DNA of 64,000 bases. It comes from Narcine bancroftii. Lineage: Eukaryota. The notes under the pieces are model-generated. The model searched no databases, had not been told where the DNA came from, and saw nothing but the letters and a program-made list of their open reading frames with translations. The DNA lies in assembly GCF_036971445.1 (NCBI RefSeq), contig NC_091470.1:248310001-248374000 (forward strand). Reading direction: 5' to 3'. Shown here piece by piece: positions 12,771 to 25,395 of the stretch. Position 1 is the first letter of the stretch; the number at the start of each line of letters is the position of its first letter. The position numbers and the translations under genes are program-made.

Positions 12771-13469
12771 GGGTTATGGAGTTTAATGTGATTACTGAGG
12801 TAGAGGGGATTGAGACCATGGACTGATTTTAAATTAATATGATATTGTTTAATGGGAACTTAAATAAGCAAGCAAGCACAGAGGAGATGGATGAGAGACA
12901 AATGGTGCAAATTAAGTTTACAAGTTTGCAGAGAATAGAATGAGGAAAGGCTTTGTAGGATCAGTATTCCCCTGGTACTTACAATGGACCAGTAATTGAA
13001 TTCTTGCTTGTACTACAGAATTCCTGAGGAAGGATTTTAAGTGAAAAATAAAGCCCAGAATTCTTTCTTCTGGGGTGAATAGCTCTACTCGAAGTTAAGA
13101 GATTACAGTAATTTTAATGTAACTGCTGACTCTCTCTCTCTCTCCACTACCCTTCAGTACTACAAGCTGAATGGTGCATCATTCATGATTGTCTCAGACA
13201 ATGCACTGAGCTGTGATGTATGGTTAGGAACCAGATCACCTCTTCATGACTTGAGTAGCACTAGCTGCAAGAGGTTCTAATCTTTAAGGTAAAATCTCAC
13301 TTGTATAAACAATTGAAATTGCACATTCATCTTTATTCTAATAACAAGTTTCACACTATCTCCAACATCAACCTGAGCAAGCAGGCTTCATTGATTTTCT
13401 CAACACCTGAAAGGGTTTCCATTTCAGACACAGAAGGCACTTGTAATTTCAAGTTTCCCATTCATTAAT

Positions 13470-13785
13470 TGAGACACACAAGATACTGGACATGATGGAA
13501 TCTAGAACAAAAAAACACACTAATGGCTGAAATCTGTCCATGAACTTCCCCTTACTTGTACCCACTTATCACTTTACTGCTTTTACCCAGACAGTTAATG
13601 TTTTGGATTAAACCCCATCCTCTGGACTGAAAGATAGCCAGCATAAAAAGGTGAGGGGGAGTGGTTGAGCAAAACCTGAAAATGATAGGTGGATCCACAT
13701 GAGGTGGAGTTGATTGGCAGATTCCAGTCAGAGGCACTGCCTAACCTGCTAAGTTTTTCTAGAAATTTGTTTTTTGATCTATATA
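13470..13785. mobile_element. Penelope-like terminal repeat remnants in both orientations
   Basis: Minus: GGAATCTAGAACAAAA and AATGTTTTGGATTAAACCCC. Plus: CTGCCTAACCTGCTAAGTTTTTCTAG. Confidence 0.45.
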
Positions 13786-14998
13786 TTAAAGATGATTAAC
13801 AGAGATCAATCCAATGTTCCTAGCTTTCTGTGGAAGTCTCTGCAAAGAATGTAAATTTCAGATCATTGTGGGTGCAGTCCCCACAACCCCCTGACCTCAC
13901 TCAGAACCTCATCTGTGTGCATGACTGTGGACACACATGTGCCTCTTTGGAATGTGAGGCTAGAAAAGACCACACAGTGGAAGAGATAGTAGAACTGGGT
14001 TTGTCTAGATGTGAGGTACTGAGGAGACTGCAAAATGATCAAGATGGAATCCAAGAGCAAGTTCACATTTTGTTAAAGGCTTGGTGAAGGAGTTGAATGC
14101 AGCAATGGGAACAGCTGCCAGAGGATTGTTTTGAAGTTGCAAGTGATTCCTCATTAGGAAGACAAGTTGACCAAATACTCTCTTCTAACTGTGATCAGCA
14201 GGTTGGGAGCAAAATAGTTTTTGCAGAGGATTTTGAATGTTACTTTCAAGGATTCCATCTTTTGTGCAGTTGTAGGTTTGAAGAGGACTTTTGAAAAGGA
14301 CTTTCTGGGGCATTATATCAGGACTTCACCAACACATGTCTAAAAATCCTACAGCTTCATTGATAAAGGGGGAGTGGTGTATTTCTCTATTTTATTGCCA
14401 AGCCCGGAGAAAAGGTACATTAAAAATATAGCAGCAGATTAAACCTCCCCTTAAACCTGCCCTGACATTCAATGTGATCATGGTTGATTTGTCTCAAGCC
14501 TCATCTTCTCCTTTGTTTCTTTTCTCAAATACCCACAAATCCCTAATCTTTCTAGGGTCAAGGATATCTTACCAACTGCCCTAACAGTGGAGAAATTGAA
14601 GGGTTGCCTTTGTCATGATTCTGCCTGCAATAGTAAACATAACATAAACCAGGCCACATGGCTCTTTACGATAGAGATGACCAATATTTATTGTGTAGGT
14701 AAAGTAAAAAGTGTCTCAAGTTATCCAGTCACTTTCATTATGCTGTATGTGGGATCATACTGTGTACAAATTGTCTACTACTCTTCCTGCATTACAAAAC
14801 AGGTCACACCTCAATAAGTCCATGCCCTACATTGAGGAGGCAGTGAAGATTCAACTATATTAGATTCAACTCCCCAGCAGAAGCAATCTCACTTGCTCTC
14901 CACTTAGCCCTGGATCACCTAGGCAAATAGCAAATCATACATCAGATTACTTTTCATCGTCTACAGCTCAACTTTCTACACCATTATACCCTCAGTAC

Positions 14999-16200
14999 CT
15001 TCTCCATTAACAATGGCGTGAAGCAAGGCTGTGTTCTCGCACCAACCCTCTTTTCAATCTTCTTCAGCATGATGCTGAACCAAGCCATGAAAGACCCCAA
15101 CAATGAAGACGCTGTTTACATCCGGTACCGCACGGATGGCAGTCTCTTAAATCTGAGGCGCCTGCAAGCTCACACCAAGACACAAGAGAAACTTGTCCGT
15201 GAACTACTCTTTGCAGATGATGCCGCTTTAGTTGCCCATTCAGAGCCAGCTCTTCAGCGCTTGACGTCCTGCTTTGCGGAAACTGCCAAAATGTTTGGCC
15301 TGGAAGTCAGCCTGAAGAAAACTGAGGTCCTCCATCAGCCAGCTCCCCACCATGACTACCAGCCCCCCCACATCTCCATCGGGCACACAAAACTCAAAAC
15401 GGTCAACCAGTTTACCTATCTCGGCTGCACCATTTCATCAGATGCAAGGATCGACAATGAGATAGACAACAGACTCGCCAAGCCAAATAGCGCCTTTGGA
15501 AAACTACACAAAAGAGTCTGGAAAAACAACCAACTGAAAAACCTCACAAAGATAAGCGTATACAGAGCCGTTGTCATACCCACACTCCTGTTCGGCTCCG
15601 AATCATGGGTCCTCTACCGGCACCACCTACGGCTCCTAGAACGCTTCCACCAGCGTTGTCTCCGCTCCATCCTCAACATCCATTGGAGCGCTTACACCCC
15701 TAACGTCGAAGTACTCGAGATGGCAGAGGTCGACAGCATCGAGTCCACGCTGCTGAAGATCCAGCTGCGCTGGATGGGTCACGTCTCCAGAATGGAGGAC
15801 CATCGCCTTCCCAAGATCGTGTTATATGGCGAGCTCTCCACTGGCCACCGTGACAGAGGTGCACCAAAGAAAAGGTACAAGGACTGCCTAAAGAAATCTC
15901 TTGGTGCCTGCCACATTGACCACCGCCAGTGGGCTGATAACGCCTCAAACCGTGCATCTTGGCGCCTCACAGTTTGGCGGGCAGCAACCTCCTTTGAAGA
16001 AGACCGCAGAGCCCACCTCACTGACAAAAGGCAAAGGAGGAAAAACCCAACACCCAACCCCAACCAACCAATTTTCCCTTGCAACCGCTGCAATCGTGTC
16101 TGCCTGTCCCGCATCGGACTTGTCAGCCACAAACGAGCCTGCAGCTGACGTGGACTTTTTACCCCCTCCATAAATCTTCGTCCGCGAAGCCAAGCCAAAG
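14999..16200 (+). mobile_element. Young RTE-clade LINE, copy 1, 5'-truncated (1202 bp)
   Basis: CpG-rich with an unbroken ORF; 3' end CTTCGTCCGCGAAGCCAAGCCAAAG; at most a 2-bp TSD (AC). Confidence 0.96.
15018..16148 (+). pseudogene. RTE ORF C-terminal half (RT motifs plus CxxC/H finger), no true start codon
   Basis: GVKQGCVLAPTLF, LLFADD, FTYLG, QLRWMGHV and CNRC...GLVSH. Confidence 0.93.
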
Positions 16201-17820
16201 ACTAATCAGAAAGTTTCAAAGTCTGGGCCTCTGTCCCTCTGGAATCTTGACTTCCTCATCGGAAGACCACAGTCAGTATGAAACCATGTCTCCTCCTTAC
16301 TGACCCTCAACACAGGGGCACCTTAAGGATGCATGCTTAGACCACTGCTGCACTCGTTTGACGCCCATGGCTGTCTGGATAAGCACAATTCAAATGCCAT
16401 CTACAAATTTGCTGATGACACCACAATGATCAGCAGAATCATAGCGGCATTGAGGAAATGTACAGAGATAGATCAGTTGGTTGAGTGGTGTCACAGCAGC
16501 AACCTTGCACTCAAAGTTTGCAAAACTAAGGAAATGAATTTGAACCTCAGGAAGGGGAAAACAGGAGGACACAAACCAGTCTCATCAAGGGGTCAGCAGT
16601 GGAAAGAGGTAAGAACTTCGAATGCCACTGTGCTAACATCTCTGAAGATCCATCCTGGGGCCTCCATGTCGATGCAACCATGAAGAAGTTTCATCAGTGA
16701 CTATATTCATGAGGAATTTGAGGACATTTGGGATGTAATCAAAGACTTGTGACAATTTCTACATGTGTACCCTGGATGGGCATTCTGACTGGTTGCATCA
16801 CTGTCCGGAATGGAGGTGCCAATACACAGGTCAGGAAAAGACTACAGAGTTGTGAACTCAGCCAATACCACCACGCGCCCAAGCCTTCGCTCCATTAAGG
16901 ACATCTATATGAGGCAGGGTCTTAAGAAAGCAGCCTTTATCTACACAGGTCACGCTCTCTTCGCTCTGCTACCACAGGAAAAAGGGGCCGGAGGCTGAAG
17001 ATGAACACACAATGGTACAGAAATAGCTTCTTCCCCTCTGCCATCCGATTTGTGAATGGACAATGCACCACAGACACTACCTCACTTTCCCTTTGATTTA
17101 TTTATTTTCTTTCAAGCATAATTTATAGCAAATTTGCACTGTGATACTGCTGCAAAACAAAGAATTTCATGACATGTTCATGACAATAAATTCTGATATT
17201 TCTTATATGTTATTGGGTGGGAGTCACATACAGGTAAATTATTCTTTACTTTATAACTCTTTGATGGGTTTATACTTAGTGCTCGTAATACTGGCTTCAT
17301 TTTAAAAATTAATTTCAGGTGTATTTAATTATTTTAAATTCCCAGTTACAGTGGTGGGATTTGATCTCTTGTCTTAGTATTATTGGTCCAGACTCTTTGG
17401 CTGCTACTTTAACTATCACTGAAAGCAACCAAAAAAAATTGTAAATCCTGGAATTTGGAAGGAAAAAAAAGAAACTTTTGATGAATTAAATGTGATCACG
17501 ACTTATTCAACTCTTCTTCTGTGCCAATTCTCCAACATGCTCAGCTCCCTGATAGAGCTTACTACTGCTCCACTGTACTTGGAGGAAGAACAAAAGGGCT
17601 GTCCTTGCCTGGGTCCCTTCTGCTGCAGCCCTATATGCAGAACCTCTTTCTGAACAAGGGTCAAGGTTAGCTCATGGAAGTCACGTAATCGGCAACTCAA
17701 TCATCACTGTTGACGAGGCTGAAGTTGATTCCAAGAATGCATCTAGAATGCCCCCAAAAGCAAAAATCGAATTGGAGATTCAGCCACACATAATAAATAA
17801 AATGTTCCATGGTTAACTTA

Positions 17821-19229
17821 TAGCAGGAGGAAGCCTGGCAACTATCGGCCTGTAAGTTTGACGTCTGTGGTAGGTAAATTAATGGAGAAAATTCTTAGAG
17901 ATAGTACTTATAAACATCTGGATAGACAGGGTCTGATCAGGAGCACTCAACATGGATTTGTGGGAGGAAGGTCATGTTTGACCAATCTGATTGAATATTT
18001 TGAAGAGGTGACTAGGAATGTGGATGAGGGTAGCGCAGTGGATGTTGTCTATATGGACTTCAGTAAGGCCTTCGATAAGGTACCACATGGAAGGTTAGTT
18101 AGGAACGTGCAGTCTTTAGGTATAAATTTTAAGATAGTCAAATGGATTGAACATTGGCTGAAAGGGAGAGGCCAGAGAGTGGTAGTGGATAATTGTCTGT
18201 CAGTTTGGAGGCCGGTGACTAGTGGTGTGCCTCAAGGATCTGTATTGGGCCCATTGTTGTTCGTTATATACATTAATGATCTAGATGATGGGGTGGTGAA
18301 TTGGATTAGTAAATATGCAGACGATACTAAGATAGGTGGAATAATGGATAATGAAGAAGGTTTTCAAGGATTGCAGAGGGATTTGGGCTGCTTAGAAAAG
18401 TGGGCTGAAAAATGGCAGATGGAATTTAATGCTGATAAGTGTGAGGTGCTTCATTTTGGTAAGAAGAATCAGAATAGGACATACGTGGTAAATGGGAGAG
18501 CATTGAGGAATACAGAAGAGCAGAAAGATTTAGGAGTAACGGTACATCGTTCCCTGAAGGTAGAAACTCACGTGAATAGGGTGGTGAAGAAGGCTTTTAG
18601 TATGCTGGCCTTTATCAATCATTGCATGGAATATAGGAGTTGGGAGGTGATGTTGAGATTGTATAAGACGTTGGTGCGGCCTAATTTGGAGTTCTGTGTG
18701 CAGTTCTGGTCGCCTAATTATAGGAAGGATATAAACAGAGTGGAGAGAGTGCAGAGAAGGTTTACCAGAATGTTACCTGGGTTTAAGCATCTAGAGTATA
18801 GGGAGAGATTGGACAGATTAGGTCTTTATTCTGTGGAGCGTAGAAGGTTGAGAGGGGATTTGATAGAAGTATTTAAGATTATGAAAGGGATAGACAGAGT
18901 GGATGTGGATAGACTATTTCCGTTAAGAGGAGGAAAGATTAAAACAAGAGGTCATGAGTTAAAAATTAAGGGGCAGAGGTTTAGAGGTAACATGAGGGGG
19001 AACTTCTTTACTCAGAGAGTGGTAGCCGTGTGGAATGATCTTCTGGGAGAAATAGTGGCGGCGGAGTCAATTGTATTATTTAAGAAAAGGTTGGACAGGT
19101 ATATGGATGAGAAGAAGATGGAGGGTTATGGGCATTGTGCAGGGAGGTGGGACTAGAAAGGGGTGTTTGGTTCGGTGCGGACTAGAAGGGCCTAATGGCC
19201 TGTTTCCGTGCTGTAATTGTTATGTTATG
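17821..19229 (+). mobile_element. Young CR1 LINE, 5'-truncated
   Basis: Begins at SRRKPGNYRPVSLTSV; short 3' UTR ending GTTATGTTATG. Confidence 0.96.
17858..19156 (+). pseudogene. CR1 ORF2 RT and C-terminal domain, 432 aa without stops
   Basis: QHGF, DFSKAFD, GVPQGSVLGP, YADD, KDLGV and ERVQRRFTRM motifs. Confidence 0.95.
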
Positions 19230-19489
19230 ATGCAATACCAGAGGTACTGACTTTGGCAGAAGTAGTGAGATGGGCAGACACGATGCCTCTGAAGGAATGC
19301 TCTTTTGCTTCTCTTTCTCTTCTTGGTAGGGACATTGGACCAGTGGCCCCTCTTTGTGTGCCATTACAGGCAGAGTAAAGCAAACACATTTTGTGCATTA
19401 TGTTCATGATAGTGAAGGAGACTTAAACCAAGATCCATTGGATGTTTCCTTCGAGGTTCTGGTTTGCTCAAAGAGTCACAATGAGTTAA

Positions 19490-20105
19490 AGGACTAGGTT
19501 GAATTCCCACACCAGGGACTTGTCTGGATGGAGGAAGTGACTCTACTTTCTCAGAAGCCTGAGGAAATTTGGCAAGTCTGCAAGGTCTCTGGCTAACTTT
19601 GACAGATGGATCATAGAAGATATCCTGTCCCGATGCATTACAACTTGGTTCAGGAACTGCTCTGCCCAATACAGCAAGAAACTGCAGAGAGTTGTGAACA
19701 TATTTTAGGCCATCAAGCAAACTAACCTCCCCTTCGTTTACCTCCTGCTGCCAACATATTAAAGGATCCAGCCCACCCTGATCACATTTATTTCTCCAGC
19801 CTTATATCAGGATGAGCTTGAAAACATGAGTCTCCAGATTCAAGCATACCTCTTTCCTGTTGTTATCAAACTCTTAAATGTACCTGTCATTGCTAAAAAG
19901 ATGATGCCCTCGTGCTGTTTTAACTAGACTTTGCACTTTGTCTTTGTAACACTATACCTTGTACACTTGGACCTACCTGTAACCTTACACCATGCAATTT
20001 TGTTTTATTTGGCCCTACCTACTGTACTTAAGTTTGAGTTAACATGCCTGGATAGTATGCAAATCAAGCTTCTCAATGAATGTTGGTACATATAACAATA
20101 AACAA
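19490..20105 (+). mobile_element. Rex1/Babar-like LINE 3' fragment
   Basis: CAAGAAACTGCAGAGAGTTGTGAAC and AAGGATCCAGCCCACCCTG; ends ACAATAAAC. Confidence 0.65.
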
Positions 20106-22143
20106 AACTATTCACAAGTCAATAACTTAGTGGAGAAACTGTTCTCATTTTCATGAGTTCTTTGCTCTCTCAAGTAGGTGTGAAAGATGACAACTGCAGT
20201 GAAAGGAGCCATGAGAGTTCTGACTGGTTTCTTGCCAACACTTATCTGTCAACCAGCAATGACCGGGCACAGATTATCTGGCCACTTATCACGTTGCTAT
20301 TGGAGGACGCTGTCTGTAAGCCGCACTTGCTGATTTACCAAAGGGTAAACTTAACAGCATTGGAAGAGCCCTGTGGTTACAACATATTTCTCAATAACTG
20401 TAGCATTTCTTCACCTCGAGATAGCAGCAGACATTCCACAGCTGGCTTAAACCACAGCAGTAGCTTTCCTATGACATTTAGTGTGCAGCAATTTAATGGG
20501 AGCATTAATCCATGGGTGTATCACAGTTCAGGATTAACACCTGTGTGCAGCGTCTTGCCAATGTGACAAAGTCTTTCAGACATTTAACAGCACCAGAGAT
20601 TTTTTTTTAATCTTGGATACACGGATGCTGTCTGGTTTTTCTGGGCATCTGATGGCTTGTGACAGAGTCTTCTGCAGTGGATGGGGTGAACAACATGAAT
20701 GGGCAATGTAAAAGAAGTATCTTTTGTCATTGTGACTGAATAGCTTAGTGTGTGATCACTCAATGTGTCAGTGACTGGTAGATGGATCTCTTCCTATACT
20801 GGGTCAACTTAATCAGCACATGACTCCTTCATCCTGCTACTGTGCGAGCCAGTCTGTTTGAATACCTTTGTTAACCCTTTCCACTTTCTCTCTCTCTGAT
20901 TTCATTATTTTGTCCTTTTGCTGATTTATTTTGGGTTTGCTTGTGAGGAAGGAGACTACAATTAACAGTACATAAAACTCTCAGCTGACACTTCCAATGC
21001 AGTACTGAGGGAATGTTAGAAGTTGACCTGTCCCAGGAGATATCAAACTGATGCTCCAACTGACCCCTAATGTGGATGTAAAAATATGAATGAATGAAAA
21101 AGAGTTCATTGTCATATACATAAGTACCATGAACAGATTCAGCAAAAGGTTGACTTGCTGCACCTTTCCTGTTATGTAAAACACATGAATGCAAATGTAG
21201 TATAATTAAGATGACATGAAAGGAAAAAAAGATAATAAATGCTAAAGAAAGAGAAGATATAATAAATAATATATATTCACAGTTGGTTCCTGATACACTG
21301 CAGAAACGTGTGGTATCAGTACAGACAGATCCTTGGTAGTCCTGTGGAAGTGTTATAGTTTAGGCGTTATGGGGAGATTCAAGAGCCTGATAGCTTTTCC
21401 CATGATACTATTTTAAACAGCAGAATCCCCCCCACTCCCCCCACCAACCCCCACCCAGACCAATATTTATCTTTCAAACAAAATCAGAGAACAAATAATC
21501 TTATTATCTTTTTTAAAAGTTTATGGCCCTTTCAGTGCACAAATTTGTTTCTGCGTTTCCAACATGACTGGAATCCAAAAGTACTACTCTGGCTGTAAGG
21601 CATTTTAGAATATTCTAAAAGGTGCCATTGAAACTCACATCAATCAGCTGTCTGCCTTGACAAGTCTGCTGTTCTGTCTCTTTGATTGTACTTTGGTCTG
21701 ACTTGTCTCTTGAGTTTGTTATTAACCCACCCCTTTCTATCCAAAGCTTCCACTTCTCCTTCTCCAAAATGATATTGTTTGAAATCTTATGTTATCACAA
21801 AAAAAGCTTATTGCCGATTTAATTAGCAATATGTAAAGAATTGCCACTTCTGCTAAAACTTCAGAACCCAGAAACCTTTATGAGGAACCTTTGTTTTCAT
21901 TTGGATTCTGTATAAATCATCTAAAATGCTAAGCCCTTATTACCTGCTGACTTAATATCAATAAAGCAGATATTTATGAGGTTGGTCACATACGACTGGG
22001 AATGTGGTCCAGCTGTGACTAGCCCAAGGTCTGGTGTGTGATCAGGGTCGTTGATCAGAATGTAGTGTGGAGTGGGAATGGATAGAGCTGGGTTTGGCCA
22101 AAGCAGGGATCCAGATGTTGTCAGTTTTGGTATAGAGTGGTCT

Positions 22144-22454
22144 AGGTGTGGCCAGAGCTGGGGTTTGGGTGTGGTCAGAGCCAGGTGTGGTCAGAGTCAA
22201 GCGTGGTCAGCACCAGGTTTGGTCAGAGCTAGGTATGGTCAGTGCTAGGTGTGGTTAGAGCCAGGCGTGGTCAGAGTCAGGTGTGGTCAGAGTCAGGTGA
22301 GGCCAGAGCCAGGTATAGTCAAAGTCAGGTGTAGTCAGAGCCAGATGCGGACAGAGCCAGCCATGGTCAGAATCAGATGTGATCAGAGTCAGATGTGGTC
22401 AGAGCTAGGCATGGTCAGAGTCAGATATGGTCAGAGTCAGATATGGTCAGAGCT
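22144..22454. repeat. Minisatellite, 16-bp unit GGTCAGAG(C/T)CAGGTGT, about 19 copies
   Basis: Visible periodic GGTCAGAG; it generates the repetitive ORF 22249-22584. Confidence 0.9.
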
Positions 22455-23269
22455 ATTGTTTGGAGTGTGGTCTCAGTGCCAATTCAATTGCCTGCAGTAT
22501 TTTCTGTTATTTCACTATTTTTATTTATATATTTTCTCTTGGGAACAGCATGGACTCAGTAGACAGAATGGCCTCTGTTCATAGCGCAACTTCCTATGAT
22601 TCTGAGGGCAGTATTGTTTTGGAGCATTTTGAAGACATCCATAGAAAATGAAAGGAATGGGAATTAACTTCCAGATAACTGGCCATTGTAGTTTTCTGAT
22701 GTAATATTGTAATCATACCATTTTAATTTTTTTAATTTTTCTTTAAATGTAATTCTCTATTGTATTCATGTTATAAAATTTTAAATAAAGTCTTCAGATA
22801 ACTGGACATCAGTTTTATCATTGGGGAGGTTAAAAAATATTTTGCCAAGTGGATATTTGCATCTTTTTTCAGCTCATATCAGTGAAAACCGAGAAGTTCA
22901 AGTAGCCCTGACTCAGGAATGGTGAGGAGAAGCTCACAAATGAAGATGCTCCTCATGAGTGGAAGGGAGGGTAACAGATTGAGCCATAGTTCCATGCTTG
23001 AGATACTTTAATGCCCAGCAGAACTCTGATAAACACTGTCTGCTTTTCAGAAATCCTGACGGTTCAGCGGTGCTGAGTCCTGCTCTGCTATCCATTCTCA
23101 TGTTCCCATTAATCAGACCCCATTTCCTATACTCTCTTCAAACTTTACTCGGACCCTGTTTCCTGCATTCTCTTCAAATTCACTGAAAAAATATTGTTTA
23201 ACATCTGAAAGAAAAGTGAATGAAAAGTGCGTTGGAATATTCATTGAAGTATTATGAGAAGATTTGGGT

Positions 23270-23655
23270 TAAGAAAGGATGTGCTGACATTGGAGAGGGT
23301 TCAGATGAGATCACAAGGACGACTCTGGGAATGAAAGGTTGTTTTCTAATGTGGGTGAGTCTAGATCAAGAGGCCACAACATCTGCTTAGAACACAGATC
23401 CGGAGGAATTTGTTTAGCCAGAGGATAGTAAATCTATGGAATTTGTTGCCACAGACAGTTGTGGAGGCCAGGTCATTGGGTGTATTTAAGGCAGATTGAT
23501 ATGTTCTTGATTAGCCAGAGCATCAAAGGTTATGTGGAGTAGACTGGACTGTGGGGCTGAGTGGGAAAATGGATCAGCTCATGATTAATTACAGGGGAAG
23601 ACTTGATGGGCTGACTGGCCTATTCTCCTTCTATTACATGGTTTTATGGTCTAAC
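23270..23655 (+). mobile_element. CR1 3' fragment with internal deletion
   Basis: AAGGATGTGCTGACATTGGAGAGGGTTCAG...TTTAGCCAGAGG...GACTTGATGGGCTG...TTATGGTCT; same subfamily as 51235-51548. Confidence 0.8.
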
Positions 23656-23739
23656 ATCCAATAATCTGGGATCTAGCATGTTAGATCATCAGAATTATAT
23701 CGTACATTAAAAATATTGACCTTCTTTAGTCAAGTCACA

Positions 23740-24085
23740 AGGAATTGTTGAATTATACAGTACAGAAACAGCTCTTTCAGCCCAGAGTCCATTTTCCTGG
23801 ATTTGGCTTGTATCCCTCTACACAGTTTCCATTCATGCACCTGTTCGAATGTCAATTAAATGTCATAATCGAACATACCTTAACCACTTCCACTGGAAGC
23901 ATGATCCACGTACCCATTATGCTCGATGTAAACTGACCCCTCAAGTCCCCTTTAAATTTTTTTCTCTCTTACCTTTAACCTATGACCTCTACTTGTAGAC
24001 TTTCCTACATTGGGGCAAGACTGTGGTCGTTCACGTTATCTATGCCCGTGGTGATTTAAAAAAAACTCTGCAAGGTCATCCCAAG
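23740..24085 (-). mobile_element. CR1 3' fragment
   Basis: TACAGAAACAGCTCTTTCAGCCC...CCACTTCCACTGGAAGC...CCTTTAACCTATGACCTCT. Confidence 0.65.
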
Positions 24086-24384
24086 GCAAACATTCATTTG
24101 CTGTTCAAGCCTTTTTCTTTGTTAAATGACATGTTTCCAATTTAGATTTACAGATTCCCTCTCTCTTTCCTCTGAGGCAATTTTCACATCAACATGTTTA
24201 AGGAGTCCAGTTGGCCCTTTGACTCCATGCTTGATGCCCCATATCTTCTTACGATCAGCAGAAATGCCATTACTTTTATCCTTCTCATTACTCTGTGGAA
24301 AATCTAATTCTTGCATTAAAAAAGACTTTTTTATTAATTTTACAACTGTACTCTCCAGTGCTGGGTTTATTACTACCCCAAGTC

Positions 24385-24632
24385 ACATGGTTAGTATAGC
24401 AGTTAGCTCAATGATTTTACAACTCCAGCAACTTGGGTTCGAATCCACTAGTGTCTGCAAGGAGTTTGTCCATTTTCCCCGTGATGGTGTGCTCTGGTTT
24501 CCTCCCACGTTCCAAAGGAGAATGGGCTAGAAGGTTAATTGGTCACATGGGTATAATTGGGCAGCATGGACTTGTGGTTCCAATGGGTCTGTTAAAATGC
24601 TGTATCTCTAAATTTAAAAAAATTAAAATTTA
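24385..24632 (+). mobile_element. tRNA-derived SINE
   Basis: A-box-like TAGTATAGCAGTTAG, B-box GGTTCGAATCC, and an AT-rich tail TAAATTTAAAAAAATTAAAATTT. Confidence 0.75.
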
Positions 24633-25129
24633 ACTGGCAAACAACTACGTACAAGTGTCACATAAAGTAACTAAGTAAAGAATGTTGTTTTGATACGATA
24701 AAATTCCTAATGTGCTTCACAAGCTACCATAAACTCTTGTTGGCATCAGGAAACTAATAGGCGAGAGTGGAACTGATAACCAAAATGTGGACAGAGTTAT
24801 GCTTTTAAAAGGGAAGACACCAGTAGTAACATTTTGGCAGGGAGTTTGGGTCCATACAATTGAAGGCACAACCCATGGTGATCCATTAAAAATCAGGGAT
24901 TCTCAAACTAGCCCAGCTTTGAAGGAACACTGAAATCTGGGAAGGTTGTAGAGCTGGAAGTGGTGGGGAAGGAGGTGAAAGAGAAAAAGAAGAAAAATAA
25001 GGGAATTAAACACAAAAAATGTTAATATTAAAGATTTGTTGGCTTGGAAGCCAATGAATGTCAACTGACAACTGGGATGAGTGAGCAGAACTTGGTTGAA
25101 GTAAGGGTGAAGTGAGGTCTAGGATCTTT

Positions 25130-25395
25130 TCACTCTGCTCTCTCCCCCTATCACTTTTCAGCTTCTTTCCCTTCTGGCTTCACCTGTATCCACTATTACC
25201 TCTTATTTTTAGCCTGTGTTCCTCCCATTTCTTCTTCCACCCTCCCCCTACCTTTGGACATCCTTGATCTTTGATGTTTTTGATGAAGGGCTTAGGCCCA
25301 AATTGTTGACTGCCTTTACTTCCTATAGATTCTGAGTTTCTCCAGCACTTTGGAGTACAGCACTGGACCTCAGTATCTACAGACTTTCTGTTTAC
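25130..25395 (+). mobile_element. Penelope-like terminal repeat remnant with decayed hammerhead-like motif
   Basis: Pyrimidine-rich tract followed by TTGATGAAGGGCTTAGGCCCAAATTGTTGAC...TGAGTTTCTCCAGCA...CAGACTTT. Confidence 0.6.

Larger units (their letters stand above)
14895..17198 (+). mobile_element. Rex1/Babar-like LINE split by an RTE insertion at 14999-16200
   Basis: ...YSSTFYTIIPSV|LIRKFQSLGL reads through the RTE; ORF 16333-16683 has IYKFADDTT and KTKEM; 3' end TTCATGACATGTTCATGACAATAAATTCTGAT. Confidence 0.85.

Noticed and set aside
13830-14294. Two consecutive ORFs (85 and 65 aa) that look coding-like
   Set aside because: They are separated by a stop, have no recognisable domain or clean splice pair, and may be an old repeat.
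15779-16198. Antisense 139-aa ORF and alternate-frame ORFs recurring at 26.8 and 27.9 kb
   Set aside because: They recur only because the RTE copies are near-identical; they are shadow ORFs with no recognisable domain.
22144-22454. Possible CRISPR-like array or repetitive protein
   Set aside because: Head-to-tail units with no unique spacers in eukaryotic DNA; it is a minisatellite.
24385-24460. tRNA gene (A and B boxes)
   Set aside because: No cloverleaf, and it continues into a SINE body and tail.
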